64,000 nt of DNA from Candidatus Latescibacterota bacterium (GTDB taxonomy: Bacteria > Latescibacterota > UBA2968 > UBA8231): positions 2,164,936-2,228,935 of the forward strand of contig CBDCNM010000002.1 of NCBI GenBank assembly GCA_965219385.1, given 5' to 3'. The position numbers were made by a program, and so were the translations under genes. The notes under the pieces are model-generated. The model worked only from the letters and a program-made list of their open reading frames with translations, did not search any database and was not told where the DNA came from. Within the stretch, counting starts at the first letter, position 1. Each line of letters begins with the position of its first letter. Below, piece by piece: positions 55,401 to 63,674 of this stretch.

Positions 55401-56527
55401 ACACGGAAACGATCCATGACGAGGACCGTTGCTTTCCATTGACGCCGGACGACTTTGCCCGCGTAAACCCCAACACCGGCACCGCGCCCGTCTTCCGCAC
55501 CCGGCGGGACGCCGAGATCACTCGCCGCATCTACGAGCGGCATCCGGTGCTGGTGGATCGCTCCGGGGGCGGGGAATGCAAGGTATGGCCGGTGAAGTAC
55601 GTGCGCATGTTCGACATGGCCAACGACTCCCACCTCTTCCACACTGCCGAGCAACTCGAAGCCGAAGGTTTCTACCCGGTCGAGGGTAATCGCTGGAAAC
55701 GGAGCGAGGATCTGTATTTGCCGTTGTACGAGGGCAAGATGGTGCAAGCGTTCGACCATCGTGCCGCTAGCGTCGTGGTCAACCCAGAAAACCTGAATCG
55801 TCCGGCCCAACCCCGCGAAGCTACGCTTGAAGAACACGAAGCTCCGGACTGGTTACCTGATCCTCAGTTTTGGGTGAGCACAGACGCAGCCGAATGGCCT
55901 GAAGGCTTGGGGTGGGCCGTAGCCTTCAAGGATGTAACTGCACCGACGAATGTTCGGACTATGATCGCATCGGTGGTCCCGCGATCAGGGTTCGGTAATA
56001 CGCTGCCACTCCTGATGCCTGATGCAGCTAAGATAGTCACTTATCGAGAAAACGCATGGCTTTTGGCTGCGTGCCTCAATTCTTTTGCTCTCGACTTTAT
56101 AGGCCGACAGAAAGTTCAAGGACAACATCTCAATTGGTTCGTGGTTGAACAGCTTCCTGTGCTGAAGGCTGACGACTACGACCGCCCATTCGGCGCGACG
56201 ACCGCCCGCGATCTCGTCCGCGACCACGTGCTCCGCCTCACCTACACCGCCCACGACATGGCGTCCTTCGCCCGCGACCTCGGCTACCACGGCCCGCCCT
56301 TCGTCTGGAACGAAGAGGAACGCCGCCATCTGCGCGCCCGCCTTGACGCGCTCTACTTCCACCTCTACGGCCTGTCGCGGGAAGACGCGAGCTACGTGCT
56401 CGACACCTTCCCGATTGTTCGGCGGGACGATGAGAAGGCGTTCGGCGGCTACCGCACCCGCGATATGACGCTGGCCTACATGAACGCGCTGGCCGCCGGG
56501 GATACGGAGACGAGGGTGGCGGTGTAG
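52466..56527 (+). CDS. Type IIG (Eco57I-like) fused restriction-modification enzyme
   Basis: PDHLL...VEESK nuclease, GILTNG, YNGGLF, LGSIYERLL, DPAMGSGHFL, GNPPW; 1353 aa. Confidence 0.92.
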   Translation: MPGQLFTHYFLTDGIRETPEWQASVAQPEVFAAFREGAARHHDALSRSQDPNEARTEEELIRPVLELLGWTEYVPQPSAAGHEDIPDHLLFADAESKARATERNPGNPFQHAAVVEESKRFGLALDSRDQSDRAQRGTPHGQILGYLSTAEIKSEGRMRWGILTNGGVWRLYDYRARPRASGYFETDLAEVLKADDEHGLRVFHLLFRRESFTLRDGATTTFLEAALAEGRRYEEEVAQDLSGVVFERVFPSLVNALAKESGEDLAESRDAALIFLYRLLFVLYAEDRGLLPVNDARYDDYGLRKPVRDDIEHRMAEGDTYSAIATNYYDHLTTLFKLIDQGDPSIGLPPYNGGLFASEAAPLLEAVRLSDANIAPIIYDLSHTGDPQGKRRFVNYRDMSVQQLGSIYERLLEREPVRGDDGKIVIRPNPYARKDSGSFYTSQELVDLIVERTLKPLAEERLNAFKDKAAALKSDRRPKRERRAELEQLDPAEAVLDLKVLDPAMGSGHFLVTAVDFLSDYIAELIEYAPAAVPEWLNGGYVSPLVKRVATIRADIRKRANESNWVLDEAQLTDQAIIRRMVLKRCIYGVDKNRLTVELAKVSLWLHSFTVGAPLSFLDHHLRCGDSLVGLRVSQAVQDLAQWIELFTVSAIAGAEMATDGMQRIEEMSDADVAEVQASAALFHGVEQTTADLRGLLDFLCGYRWLTAGMKKKERDTFEEPLVMALGWHTATAYELLARGPEEMGDAPPDSGATKTWSRFAELWREARTLADQEGFLHWEVAFPGVWRYWQNIRPQGGFDAVIGNPPWDRIKLQEVEWFATRAPELALAPTAAKRRKGIQRLRDQGAPLAAEFDAAKAQSESLSQMMRSGGDYPLLSGGDINLYSLFVERAMSLIKPDGFVGLLTPSGIYADKTAARFFKSVSTKGRVGGLLDFENRRLGTDLPPFFPDVDSRFKFCALILGGEERRFDQTECAFFLHDTETIHDEDRCFPLTPDDFARVNPNTGTAPVFRTRRDAEITRRIYERHPVLVDRSGGGECKVWPVKYVRMFDMANDSHLFHTAEQLEAEGFYPVEGNRWKRSEDLYLPLYEGKMVQAFDHRAASVVVNPENLNRPAQPREATLEEHEAPDWLPDPQFWVSTDAAEWPEGLGWAVAFKDVTAPTNVRTMIASVVPRSGFGNTLPLLMPDAAKIVTYRENAWLLAACLNSFALDFIGRQKVQGQHLNWFVVEQLPVLKADDYDRPFGATTARDLVRDHVLRLTYTAHDMASFARDLGYHGPPFVWNEEERRHLRARLDALYFHLYGLSREDASYVLDTFPIVRRDDEKAFGGYRTRDMTLAYMNALAAGDTETRVAV

Positions 56528-56649
56528 ATTGGTGAAGTGCGGCGACAACGGCGGCGCTTGACAGGACGCTAAAGCAGCTTCAACACAAGAATCTGTTATT
56601 CGAGCCTCATCAGACCATTCTGATCTTTCACCGCACCGGGCGTACCTCC

Positions 56650-56678
56650 TTGACAAAATATAACAAGTTTGTTATATT
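56650..56678 (+). promoter_or_regulatory. Leaderless TA promoter with palindromic operator
   Basis: TTGACA-17-TATATT, ATG 56685; operator AATATAACAA-GT-TTGTTATATT. Confidence 0.82.
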
Positions 56679-56684
56679 GCCAAA

Positions 56685-57065
56685 ATGGAATGGGAGATTG
56701 CATACCACGGCGAAAGAGTGCAACAAGACCTCTTGCGTTTCCCGCAGGGGCTTCAGGTGCGATATGACCATCTAACTTCAATGATGGAAGAATTTGGCCC
56801 CAATCTCGGGATGCCACACACGCGAGCGCTAGGTAACGGTTTGTTTGTGCTTAGGCTGAAAGCCAAAGAAGGTATCGCTCGCGTGTTCTTCTGCACGATT
56901 ACTTCGCCTGCTCCATCCACAGGCTCAGAGCGCCGGATCAACACAGGCGTCAACAGAAAAATTGTGATGCTCCACTGCTTCGTGAAGAAGTCTCAAAAGA
57001 CGCCCAAGAAAGAACTTGACACCGCAAGAAAAAGACTGTCAGAATTCAAGGACTCTCAAAATTAG
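56685..57065 (+). CDS. RelE/Gp49-like toxin
   Basis: GPNLGMPHTRALGNGLFVLRLKAKEGIARVFFC...IVMLHCFVKKSQKTP. Confidence 0.9.
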   Translation: MEWEIAYHGERVQQDLLRFPQGLQVRYDHLTSMMEEFGPNLGMPHTRALGNGLFVLRLKAKEGIARVFFCTITSPAPSTGSERRINTGVNRKIVMLHCFVKKSQKTPKKELDTARKRLSEFKDSQN

Positions 57066-57079
57066 GAGGAGATAAAAAG

Positions 57080-57364
57080 ATGATGAGGCACAAAGAATTG
57101 ATCGCAAAAATGCGGTCGCAACCTAAATACAAAGAAAAGTATGATGAAGCAGCACCCGAGTTTGAATTGCTGCGCAAGATGCTTGAAGCGCGAAAACGCG
57201 CTGGCCTGACTCAAGAGCAGGTAGCTGAGAAGATGGGCACGAAGGCAACGGCGATTACCCGCTTAGAGTCTGCTAGCAGCGCACACTCTCCCAAAGTAGA
57301 AACACTGCGAAAATACGCTGAGGCTGTAGGATGTCGGCTCAACATTGAGTTGATCCCTGATTGA
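57080..57364 (+). CDS. XRE HTH antitoxin
   Basis: [28 protein letters not shown]...TLRKYAEA. Confidence 0.9.
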   Translation: MMRHKELIAKMRSQPKYKEKYDEAAPEFELLRKMLEARKRAGLTQEQVAEKMGTKATAITRLESASSAHSPKVETLRKYAEAVGCRLNIELIPD

Positions 57365-57394
57365 CCTGTCTGCCACAGCACAGGCAGGGCGTCA

Positions 57395-57520
57395 CCTGCA
57401 CTCACCGCCCGGCAATCGTCTCGAGGCTTTGCGGGCGGACCGCCGAGGTCAATACAGTATTCGCGTCAACGACCAATGGCGCATCTGCTTCCTCTGGCGC
57501 GATGGGAAAGCTCGACTATC
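57395..57520 (+). pseudogene. HigB (proteic killer) toxin C-terminal fragment
   Basis: [29 protein letters not shown]. Confidence 0.75.
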
Positions 57521-57521
57521 C

Positions 57522-57695
57522 GCCGCCATCTGCGCGCCCGCCTCGACGCCCTCTACTTCCACCTCTACGGCCTGACCCGGAAAGACGCGGAGTACGTGCT
57601 CGACACCTTCCTGATCGTCCGCCGGGAAGACGGGGCCGCATTCAGCCACTACCACACCCACGATATGACGCTGGCCTACATGAACGCCCTGGCGG
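57522..57695 (+). pseudogene. Diverged copy of the type IIG gene 3' end (compare 56322-56495)
   Basis: [18 protein letters not shown]...YVLDTF.IVRRED...DMTLAYMNALAA in both. Confidence 0.9.
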
Positions 57696-57725
57696 CGCTT
57701 GACAGGATGCGGGTGACACGATACA

Positions 57726-57814
57726 ATACTTTAGGCATGACAGGCCCCCTGGACGAGGCGGCATCCATTCAACGGCTTCACTGAAGAGTGAGCACGGATT
57801 CCTGCAAAAATGCC
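57726..57814 (-). mobile_element. Left-end remnant of an IS related to the IS5 at 23940
   Basis: atactttaggcatgacagg...tggacgag.cggcat matches the reverse complement of 24037-24075; degenerate TIR GGCATTTTTGCAGGAA. Confidence 0.7.
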
Positions 57815-57832
57815 TATAATTACACATACTAC

Positions 57833-57874
57833 ATGGAGTTCGTAGCATGGATAATGGAGTTCGTAGCATGGATA
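57833..57874 (+). repeat. 21-bp tandem duplication covering the BrnT RBS and start
   Basis: atggagttcgtagcatggata twice. Confidence 0.95.
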
Positions 57875-58152
57875 TCGGATTTATATGGGACGAAGACAAA
57901 TACCAAGAAGTCCAAAAGAATCATCAAGTCCAGTTTTATGAGGCAGTTTCCGCATTTTATGATCCGGATGGATACGAAGTCTCGGATCCAGCAGAGCATG
58001 AAGACCGGTGGATGTGGATAGGGGCAACCGCCGGTGGTCGGGTATTAGCCCTGGTCTACTCCGAAGAAGATTTACCGCTCTATCGTTTTATCACCGTATT
58101 TGATGTAGAAGGGAGATTGCTCGATGAATACTACAGCAGAGATAGAATTTGA
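57868..58152 (+). CDS. BrnT-like toxin
   Basis: FIWDEDKYQEVQKNHQVQFYEAVSAFYDP...EDRW. Confidence 0.78.
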   Translation: MDIGFIWDEDKYQEVQKNHQVQFYEAVSAFYDPDGYEVSDPAEHEDRWMWIGATAGGRVLALVYSEEDLPLYRFITVFDVEGRLLDEYYSRDRI

Positions 58153-59575
58153 TTATCAAACTCATATGAATAAAAACACACGAGATCCAGTCGAAATTCA
58201 TCGTGGACCAAAAGCGCGTGAAAAACGACGCGAGGCCGCCAAAGCACGGATTTCCCAAAACGACCAGTTAAGCAGAGTTTTGGAAAAAATCCAAGAGATA
58301 GCGGAAAAATCGGCCGACGGCGGCTACATCTATCGCGGAGAACCTGAGCACTATGAGAAAGTGTCTTCAAGTCTTTATCGCGAACACTCGGAAATTGATG
58401 CAGAGCATTTTGATATTGAGGTTGTCCAGAAAGAAATTCTGGAAGCAGCCAAAAGATACACTAGCGAAACTGATGACTTTGAAATACTGACCGAACTCCA
58501 ACACTATGGTGGTGCAACCAACCTGATAGACTTCACTAGCGATTTCCATATCGCTCTTTTCTTTGCCTGCGATGGCTCTGACTTCCTGGACAAAGATGGC
58601 AGGGTCATCTTGTTGCAAAAAAACGAGCAACTAAAAAAACAGGTTAGATCCCCTCAGAATCCAAGAAACCGCGTCATTGTCCAGAAGAGCATATTCGTGC
58701 GACCGCCCGAGGGTTTTATTAAACTTGACCATGTAATCAACATTCCAAAAGATCTTAAACTTCCCATGCTAAACCACTTGCGAAAGTACCACAGCATATC
58801 TACGGAGACTATCTACAACGACCTCCATGGCTTTATCAGATACCAGAGTGTTCATCAAAGTGCCTATGCGGAGTTTTACGCCGGTCTTACTTGCCAAAAT
58901 AAAGAGGACTACCCCAAAGCCATCAAACATTACGACAAAGCCATTGAACTCAATCCGCAAATGGTCCAGGCTTATAACAATCGTGGCAATGCTTACAGTA
59001 GCGGAGGCGAGGTTGACCGTCCCATTGCAGACTATAACAAGGCCATAGACATAGACTCGGAGTTTGCCTTAGCCTATTTCAATCGCGGCAATTTTTACAG
59101 CGACAAAGGCGCGTATGACCGTGCTATCGAAGACTACAGCAAGGCCATAGAACTGAACCCAAAGTTTGCCGAGGCCTATTATAACAATCGCGGCAATGCT
59201 TACGTCCACAAAGGTGCGTATGATCGTGCTATCGAAGACTGCAACAAGGCGATAGACCTAAACCCAAAGTTTGCCATGGCCTACTGCAATCGCGGCCATG
59301 CTTACGTTGGAAAAGGCAATCTTAACCATGCCATCGCAGACTACGACAAAGCGATAGGACTGAACCCGGATGACGCCGAAGTCTATACCAACCGTGGTAT
59401 GTGTTGGCTGCACTTGCAAAATTGGCAAGTAGCCAAATCCGACCTGACAGTTGCCAAGAGCATGGGCACAGATATTATCGCGACGTTTCGTAATACCTAC
59501 AGAAACGATGAGGAATTTGAGCAGAGAAATGGTGTTCAGTTGCCGGAAGACATCGCAGCCATGCTGATGCCATAG
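58124..59575 (+). CDS. FRG-domain + TPR-repeat protein with antitoxin-like N-terminal leader
   Basis: YIYRGE, LQHYGGATNLIDFT..IALFFAC, RVIVQKSIF (FRG), followed by about 6 TPRs (AYNNRG..Y...AIEDY.KAIELNP). Confidence 0.88.
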   Translation: MNTTAEIEFDYQTHMNKNTRDPVEIHRGPKAREKRREAAKARISQNDQLSRVLEKIQEIAEKSADGGYIYRGEPEHYEKVSSSLYREHSEIDAEHFDIEVVQKEILEAAKRYTSETDDFEILTELQHYGGATNLIDFTSDFHIALFFACDGSDFLDKDGRVILLQKNEQLKKQVRSPQNPRNRVIVQKSIFVRPPEGFIKLDHVINIPKDLKLPMLNHLRKYHSISTETIYNDLHGFIRYQSVHQSAYAEFYAGLTCQNKEDYPKAIKHYDKAIELNPQMVQAYNNRGNAYSSGGEVDRPIADYNKAIDIDSEFALAYFNRGNFYSDKGAYDRAIEDYSKAIELNPKFAEAYYNNRGNAYVHKGAYDRAIEDCNKAIDLNPKFAMAYCNRGHAYVGKGNLNHAIADYDKAIGLNPDDAEVYTNRGMCWLHLQNWQVAKSDLTVAKSMGTDIIATFRNTYRNDEEFEQRNGVQLPEDIAAMLMP

Positions 59576-59752
59576 CAGGCATTTTCATGTCCTGGGGAGC
59601 GACGATTTCGCCGGTGGCTTCATTAACGCCCACATGCCGTTTGCGCCAGGTTCATCCACTGAAGTGCCTCAAAGCCCTTGACGCATTTCGGAATCCGGCG
59701 GTACATTACCGTTATTGCAAAAATCACACCCTCGAAAGAAGGTACTAACGCT

Positions 59753-60877
59753 ATGTCCCAAGAACGACTCGACAACCGCCTGCATCTTCCAGACCTGTCG
59801 ATAGAGGGGTTTCGGGGGATCGCGGAGCTTTCCATTGCGCGGTTGGGCCGCGTGACGCTGCTGGCGGGAAAGAATAGTGTCGGCAAGACGACCGTTTTAG
59901 ATGCCGTCCGAGTCTATGCGGCGCGCAGTCGCCCTTCCGTTCTGTCCGAGCTGCTGGAGAGCCGCCAAGAGGTCTCTGTCGCTACCGGCGATGGCAAAAG
60001 AATATTTGTAGCCGATTTTGCGGCTCTATTCCACGGACGGGATGTGTCGAGGCTTGCCTGCATCTCAATCGGTCCCAAAAGCGGCACAGACCAACTCAGG
60101 ATCGAGGAGGCCTCTTTGAGCGAGATGCAGTCTGGCTATGTTGTAGACGGCTATCAGGCATTCAAAGTCGTGTTTCAAGACACTGAACAGGCACTCCCAT
60201 GGTTGCTCCCCATCCCAGGATCGGCTGCGGCCAGACCCGTAGAACGTTATAGCGATAGCGCATATCGATATATAGAGGCTTTATTTAACGAAGCCAAATC
60301 GCCATCCCCAATAGGATATGAGTCTTTGGGGCCGGGCCTGTTGAGCAACCAAGAATTCGCACGTTCTTGGGAAGCTATCGCGCTGACGGATGATGAGGAC
60401 CGAGCAGTGCAGGCACTGAGACTGATCTTCGGCAGCGACTTGGATCGCGTGGCGGTGCTCGGCGACAACCAAGGACTACCTCGGCGGGTAGTCGTAAAGC
60501 TCCGGGGTCAAGCCCGTCCAGTCCCTTTGAAAAGTCTGGGCGACGGGGCACTGCACCTGTCCGGCACCGCCTTGGCACTGGCCAATAGCCGGGACGGTTT
60601 TCTGCTCATTGACGAGGCGGAAAACGGCATTCACCATTCCTTGCAGCGCGATTTCTGGCGCATGGTCCTGCAGGCAGCGCACGCAAACAACGTGCAGGTC
60701 CTAGCAACGACGCACAGCTTTGATTGTGTGAGCGGCTTCGCACAAGCGCTGGCCGAGTGCGAGGGGATCGAAGGGGTGCTCGTGCGCCTTGAACGAAAGG
60801 ATGAGGAGACGTGGGCGGTCGAGTATTCAGAGCGCAACCTCAAGGCCGCTGCCGAACAACGTATTGAGGTGAGGTAG
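59753..60877 (+). CDS. AAA_21/AAA_15 ABC-type ATPase
   Basis: IEGFRGI, GKNSVGKT, SLGDG, LLIDEAENGIH, TTHS. Confidence 0.9.
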   Translation: MSQERLDNRLHLPDLSIEGFRGIAELSIARLGRVTLLAGKNSVGKTTVLDAVRVYAARSRPSVLSELLESRQEVSVATGDGKRIFVADFAALFHGRDVSRLACISIGPKSGTDQLRIEEASLSEMQSGYVVDGYQAFKVVFQDTEQALPWLLPIPGSAAARPVERYSDSAYRYIEALFNEAKSPSPIGYESLGPGLLSNQEFARSWEAIALTDDEDRAVQALRLIFGSDLDRVAVLGDNQGLPRRVVVKLRGQARPVPLKSLGDGALHLSGTALALANSRDGFLLIDEAENGIHHSLQRDFWRMVLQAAHANNVQVLATTHSFDCVSGFAQALAECEGIEGVLVRLERKDEETWAVEYSERNLKAAAEQRIEVR

Positions 60878-60881
60878 GTGG

Positions 60882-61496
60882 ATGGATAATAATGGCCGCG
60901 TTCTTCTCGTTGAAGGGCCAAACGACAAGCATGTCGTCCGGCATCTCTGTAATCTCCATCAAGAGATGCCAGAATTCTGCATTCTGGATAAGGGCAACGT
61001 CGATAAGGTTCTTGATTCCATTGGACCGGAAGTCAGAGTTTCCGGCCGCAAAGCTGTCGGCATCCTCGTGGACGCGAACAACTGCTTGGATAATCGCTGG
61101 AAGGCCGTAGCCAACAGACTTCGAGAGGTGCATATTGAGGTGCCTTGTCGCCCTGAACCAACCGGTACCCTCATAGACGGCACCACCCGCACCCCTCGCG
61201 TCGGCATCTGGTTGATGCCCGACAATGAGTCGTCCGGCGAACTCGAAAATTTCGTCGCGAAAATGATCCCCGACGACGATCCGGTATGGCCGCGGTCCGA
61301 GCGCTACATTGATGGCATTCCAGAGGCGGACCGCAAGTTTACCGGGAAAAAGATACTGCGAGCCAAGATCCACGCCTGGCTGGCGACGAGAGAGGACCCC
61401 AGGCAAATGGGTCTCGCCATTGGCGTGCAGGATTTGTACGTAGATGGAACACTCAGCACAACATTCGCAGATTGGCTACGGCAACTGTTCAAGTGA
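60882..61496 (+). CDS. DUF3226-like TOPRIM-fold protein
   Basis: LLVEGPND, GILVDAN, GIWLMPDNESSGELE, KAKIHAWLA-like motif. Confidence 0.78.
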   Translation: MDNNGRVLLVEGPNDKHVVRHLCNLHQEMPEFCILDKGNVDKVLDSIGPEVRVSGRKAVGILVDANNCLDNRWKAVANRLREVHIEVPCRPEPTGTLIDGTTRTPRVGIWLMPDNESSGELENFVAKMIPDDDPVWPRSERYIDGIPEADRKFTGKKILRAKIHAWLATREDPRQMGLAIGVQDLYVDGTLSTTFADWLRQLFK

Positions 61497-61520
61497 TCAG
61501 AATTTTCGCAATATTGATGA

Positions 61521-61770
61521 GCGACGGACTGGATCATTTGCCGCGAATAGGGGATGGGCATAGGAGATCGCTGTGTTGGAGAGGACCCTTACGTCCGAGG
61601 CTCGGATCATAAGCTCGGCCTTGAGGTGGTCCTGCTGGAAGCGGGATCCTGCCTGATGAGCCGGCAACTCAATGCGGACGCGACGGCGTTGCTCGACACG
61701 CGGGTCTGCGAGACGGGCATGCGCACGATCGTTGGCGTCCGTGCTCGCCGGATCGAGACCCGAGACGACC
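61521..61770 (+). pseudogene. Deleted nirB-like copy: leader and first codons fused to an internal segment
   Basis: 61521-61620 repeats 63621-63722, followed by LGLEVVLLEAGSCLMSRQLNAD, a flavoprotein internal motif. Confidence 0.7.
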
Positions 61771-61813
61771 AACCTGATGAACCTGAAGAGGCCAACGATG
61801 AAGGTTGTAACCC

Positions 61814-62980
61814 ATGAGTAGACGACGCTTGCAGATAACATTGCAGCCTGACGTGTTGAGGTGGGCGCGGGAGCGGGCAGGCATTGACACCGAGCAACTG
61901 GCGTGCAAGATGCAAGTGAAGCCGGAGAGTGTGTTGGCGTGGGAACGCGATGGCAAGATCAGTATTGCCCAGGTAGACAAACTTGCCCAACGCACGCATA
62001 CCGCTCTGGGCTTTCTATACTTGACAGAGCCGCCCGAAGACCACTTGCCAATACCCGATTTTCGTACCCGAGACGATGCCCCGCCGCCGAGTTCCGATCT
62101 GCTTGAGACCGTTTACCTTATGCAGCGTCGTCAAGCTTGGATGCGCGACGAGTTAATCGGAGAGGAAGCTGCGCCGCTGAACTTCATTGGAGGCTACGGG
62201 CTAAATGACAATCCCCTGCAAGTCGCCCGCGCGATACGCGATGCACTCCAACTTGCTGACGACTGGGCGGCCCCTATGCCCACTTGGTCGGATGCGCTCG
62301 GGCATTTGCGAGATAAAGCCGAGGCTGCCGGTGTGCTGGTGGTTTTCAATGGCGTCGTGGGAAACAACACAAGCCGCACACTCAATCCGGATGAATTTCA
62401 GGGCTTCGCTCTCGTGGACGCACATGCCCCGCTGGTCTTTGTGAATAATGCCGACTTCAAGGCCGCCCAGATGTTTACCTTGGCCCACGAACTGGCGCAC
62501 CTTTTTGTTGGAGAGACCGGCGTCTCCAGTTTTAAAGACCTACAGTCCGCGTCCAATGACACAGAGCAATTTTGCGACCAGGCAGCGGCGGAGTTCTTGG
62601 TGCCGGAGGTCAAGTTGCGCGCTTTCTGGCCTACAGCTACGCGGACAAGTGACCCTTATCGGTCTGTTGCGCGCCAGTTCAAGGTAAGTTCTCTTGTAGC
62701 CGTGCGCCGCGTACTCGACCTCGACTTGATTGACTTGGAGTCCTTCTTCAGGTTCTATAGAGAATATAAGGACAAAGAATGGCACAGCAGTCGGCAGGGC
62801 GAAGCAAGTGGCGGAAATTTCTGGAACACTCAGAAATGGCGCATTGGCCTCCGCTTTGGCACTGCAATCGTCCGTGCGGTCAGGGAAGGCCGTCTGCTCT
62901 ATCGCGAGGCGTACAATCTCACCGGTCTGAAGGGAGAAACCTTTGAAAACATGCCGGAAAAGATGGGGATACCGCTGTGA
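61814..62980 (+). CDS. HTH + ImmA/IrrE (M78) metallopeptidase
   Basis: VLRWARERAG HTH, PDFRT, FTLAHELAH, CDQAAAEFLVP. Confidence 0.9.
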   Translation: MSRRRLQITLQPDVLRWARERAGIDTEQLACKMQVKPESVLAWERDGKISIAQVDKLAQRTHTALGFLYLTEPPEDHLPIPDFRTRDDAPPPSSDLLETVYLMQRRQAWMRDELIGEEAAPLNFIGGYGLNDNPLQVARAIRDALQLADDWAAPMPTWSDALGHLRDKAEAAGVLVVFNGVVGNNTSRTLNPDEFQGFALVDAHAPLVFVNNADFKAAQMFTLAHELAHLFVGETGVSSFKDLQSASNDTEQFCDQAAAEFLVPEVKLRAFWPTATRTSDPYRSVARQFKVSSLVAVRRVLDLDLIDLESFFRFYREYKDKEWHSSRQGEASGGNFWNTQKWRIGLRFGTAIVRAVREGRLLYREAYNLTGLKGETFENMPEKMGIPL

Positions 62981-63498
62981 TGAACCGGGATCGCTCCTTG
63001 TTCGTGCTGGATACGAATGTTTTTATAGAGGCGCATCGCCGCTACTACGCGCAAGATATATGCCCGGGATTCTGGGAATGTCTGACGCATTATTGCAGCG
63101 AGGGGCAGGTGTTGAGCATTGATCGCGTTCGTGACGAAATGCTCATCAGCCCAGATCAACTATCTGAGTGGGTGAATCAGGCACCGGACGATCTATTTGT
63201 ATCATCAGCGGAACAATCGGTTGTAAATGCTTTCATGGAAATGATGGGCTGGGTGCAAGGGAATGGGCAGTTCCGGTCTGAAGCAAAAGAGAAGTTCGCA
63301 AGCGTAGCTGATGGGTGGCTCGCGGCCTACGCCAGAGTTCACAACGCGGTTGTAGTTACTCACGAGGTATTTAACCCGAACGCGAAGAAAAAGGTACACC
63401 TGCCAAATGTATGTAGGCAGTTCGATGTTGATTACCGAGACACCTTTGAGATGCTGCGCGAGCTTGAGGTTTGTTTTCACTGGAGGCGCTCCCCATGA
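62977..63498 (+). CDS. DUF4411-like PIN-fold protein
   Basis: VLDTNVFIEA..YY, ADGWLAAYA, VVTHE, LPNVC; coupled to the IrrE gene. Confidence 0.85.
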   Translation: MMNRDRSLFVLDTNVFIEAHRRYYAQDICPGFWECLTHYCSEGQVLSIDRVRDEMLISPDQLSEWVNQAPDDLFVSSAEQSVVNAFMEMMGWVQGNGQFRSEAKEKFASVADGWLAAYARVHNAVVVTHEVFNPNAKKKVHLPNVCRQFDVDYRDTFEMLRELEVCFHWRRSP

Positions 63499-63550
63499 CC
63501 ACCGACACCAGCGAAAGGAGCCTTGAGTGTTTCATCCACGCGGATTGCAT
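63495..63550 (+). pseudogene. Probable HsdR N-terminal stub
   Basis: MTTDTSERSLE resembles type I HsdR starts; ATGA overlap with the upstream gene. Confidence 0.5.
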
Positions 63551-63674
63551 CTCTGGTGAGCGCGGCGTCCGTTGGCCGCGGCGCGTCTGCCCGATGAATC
63601 CGGTGCACCGGAGCCAATTGACGAGACGAACTGGACAACTTGCCGCGGATAGGGGATGGGCATAGGAGATCGCT

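Noticed and set aside
63632..63648. Sigma-54 promoter upstream of nirB
   Set aside because: GG-N10-GC spacing can be forced, but the TGGCAC/TTGC consensus is poorly matched.
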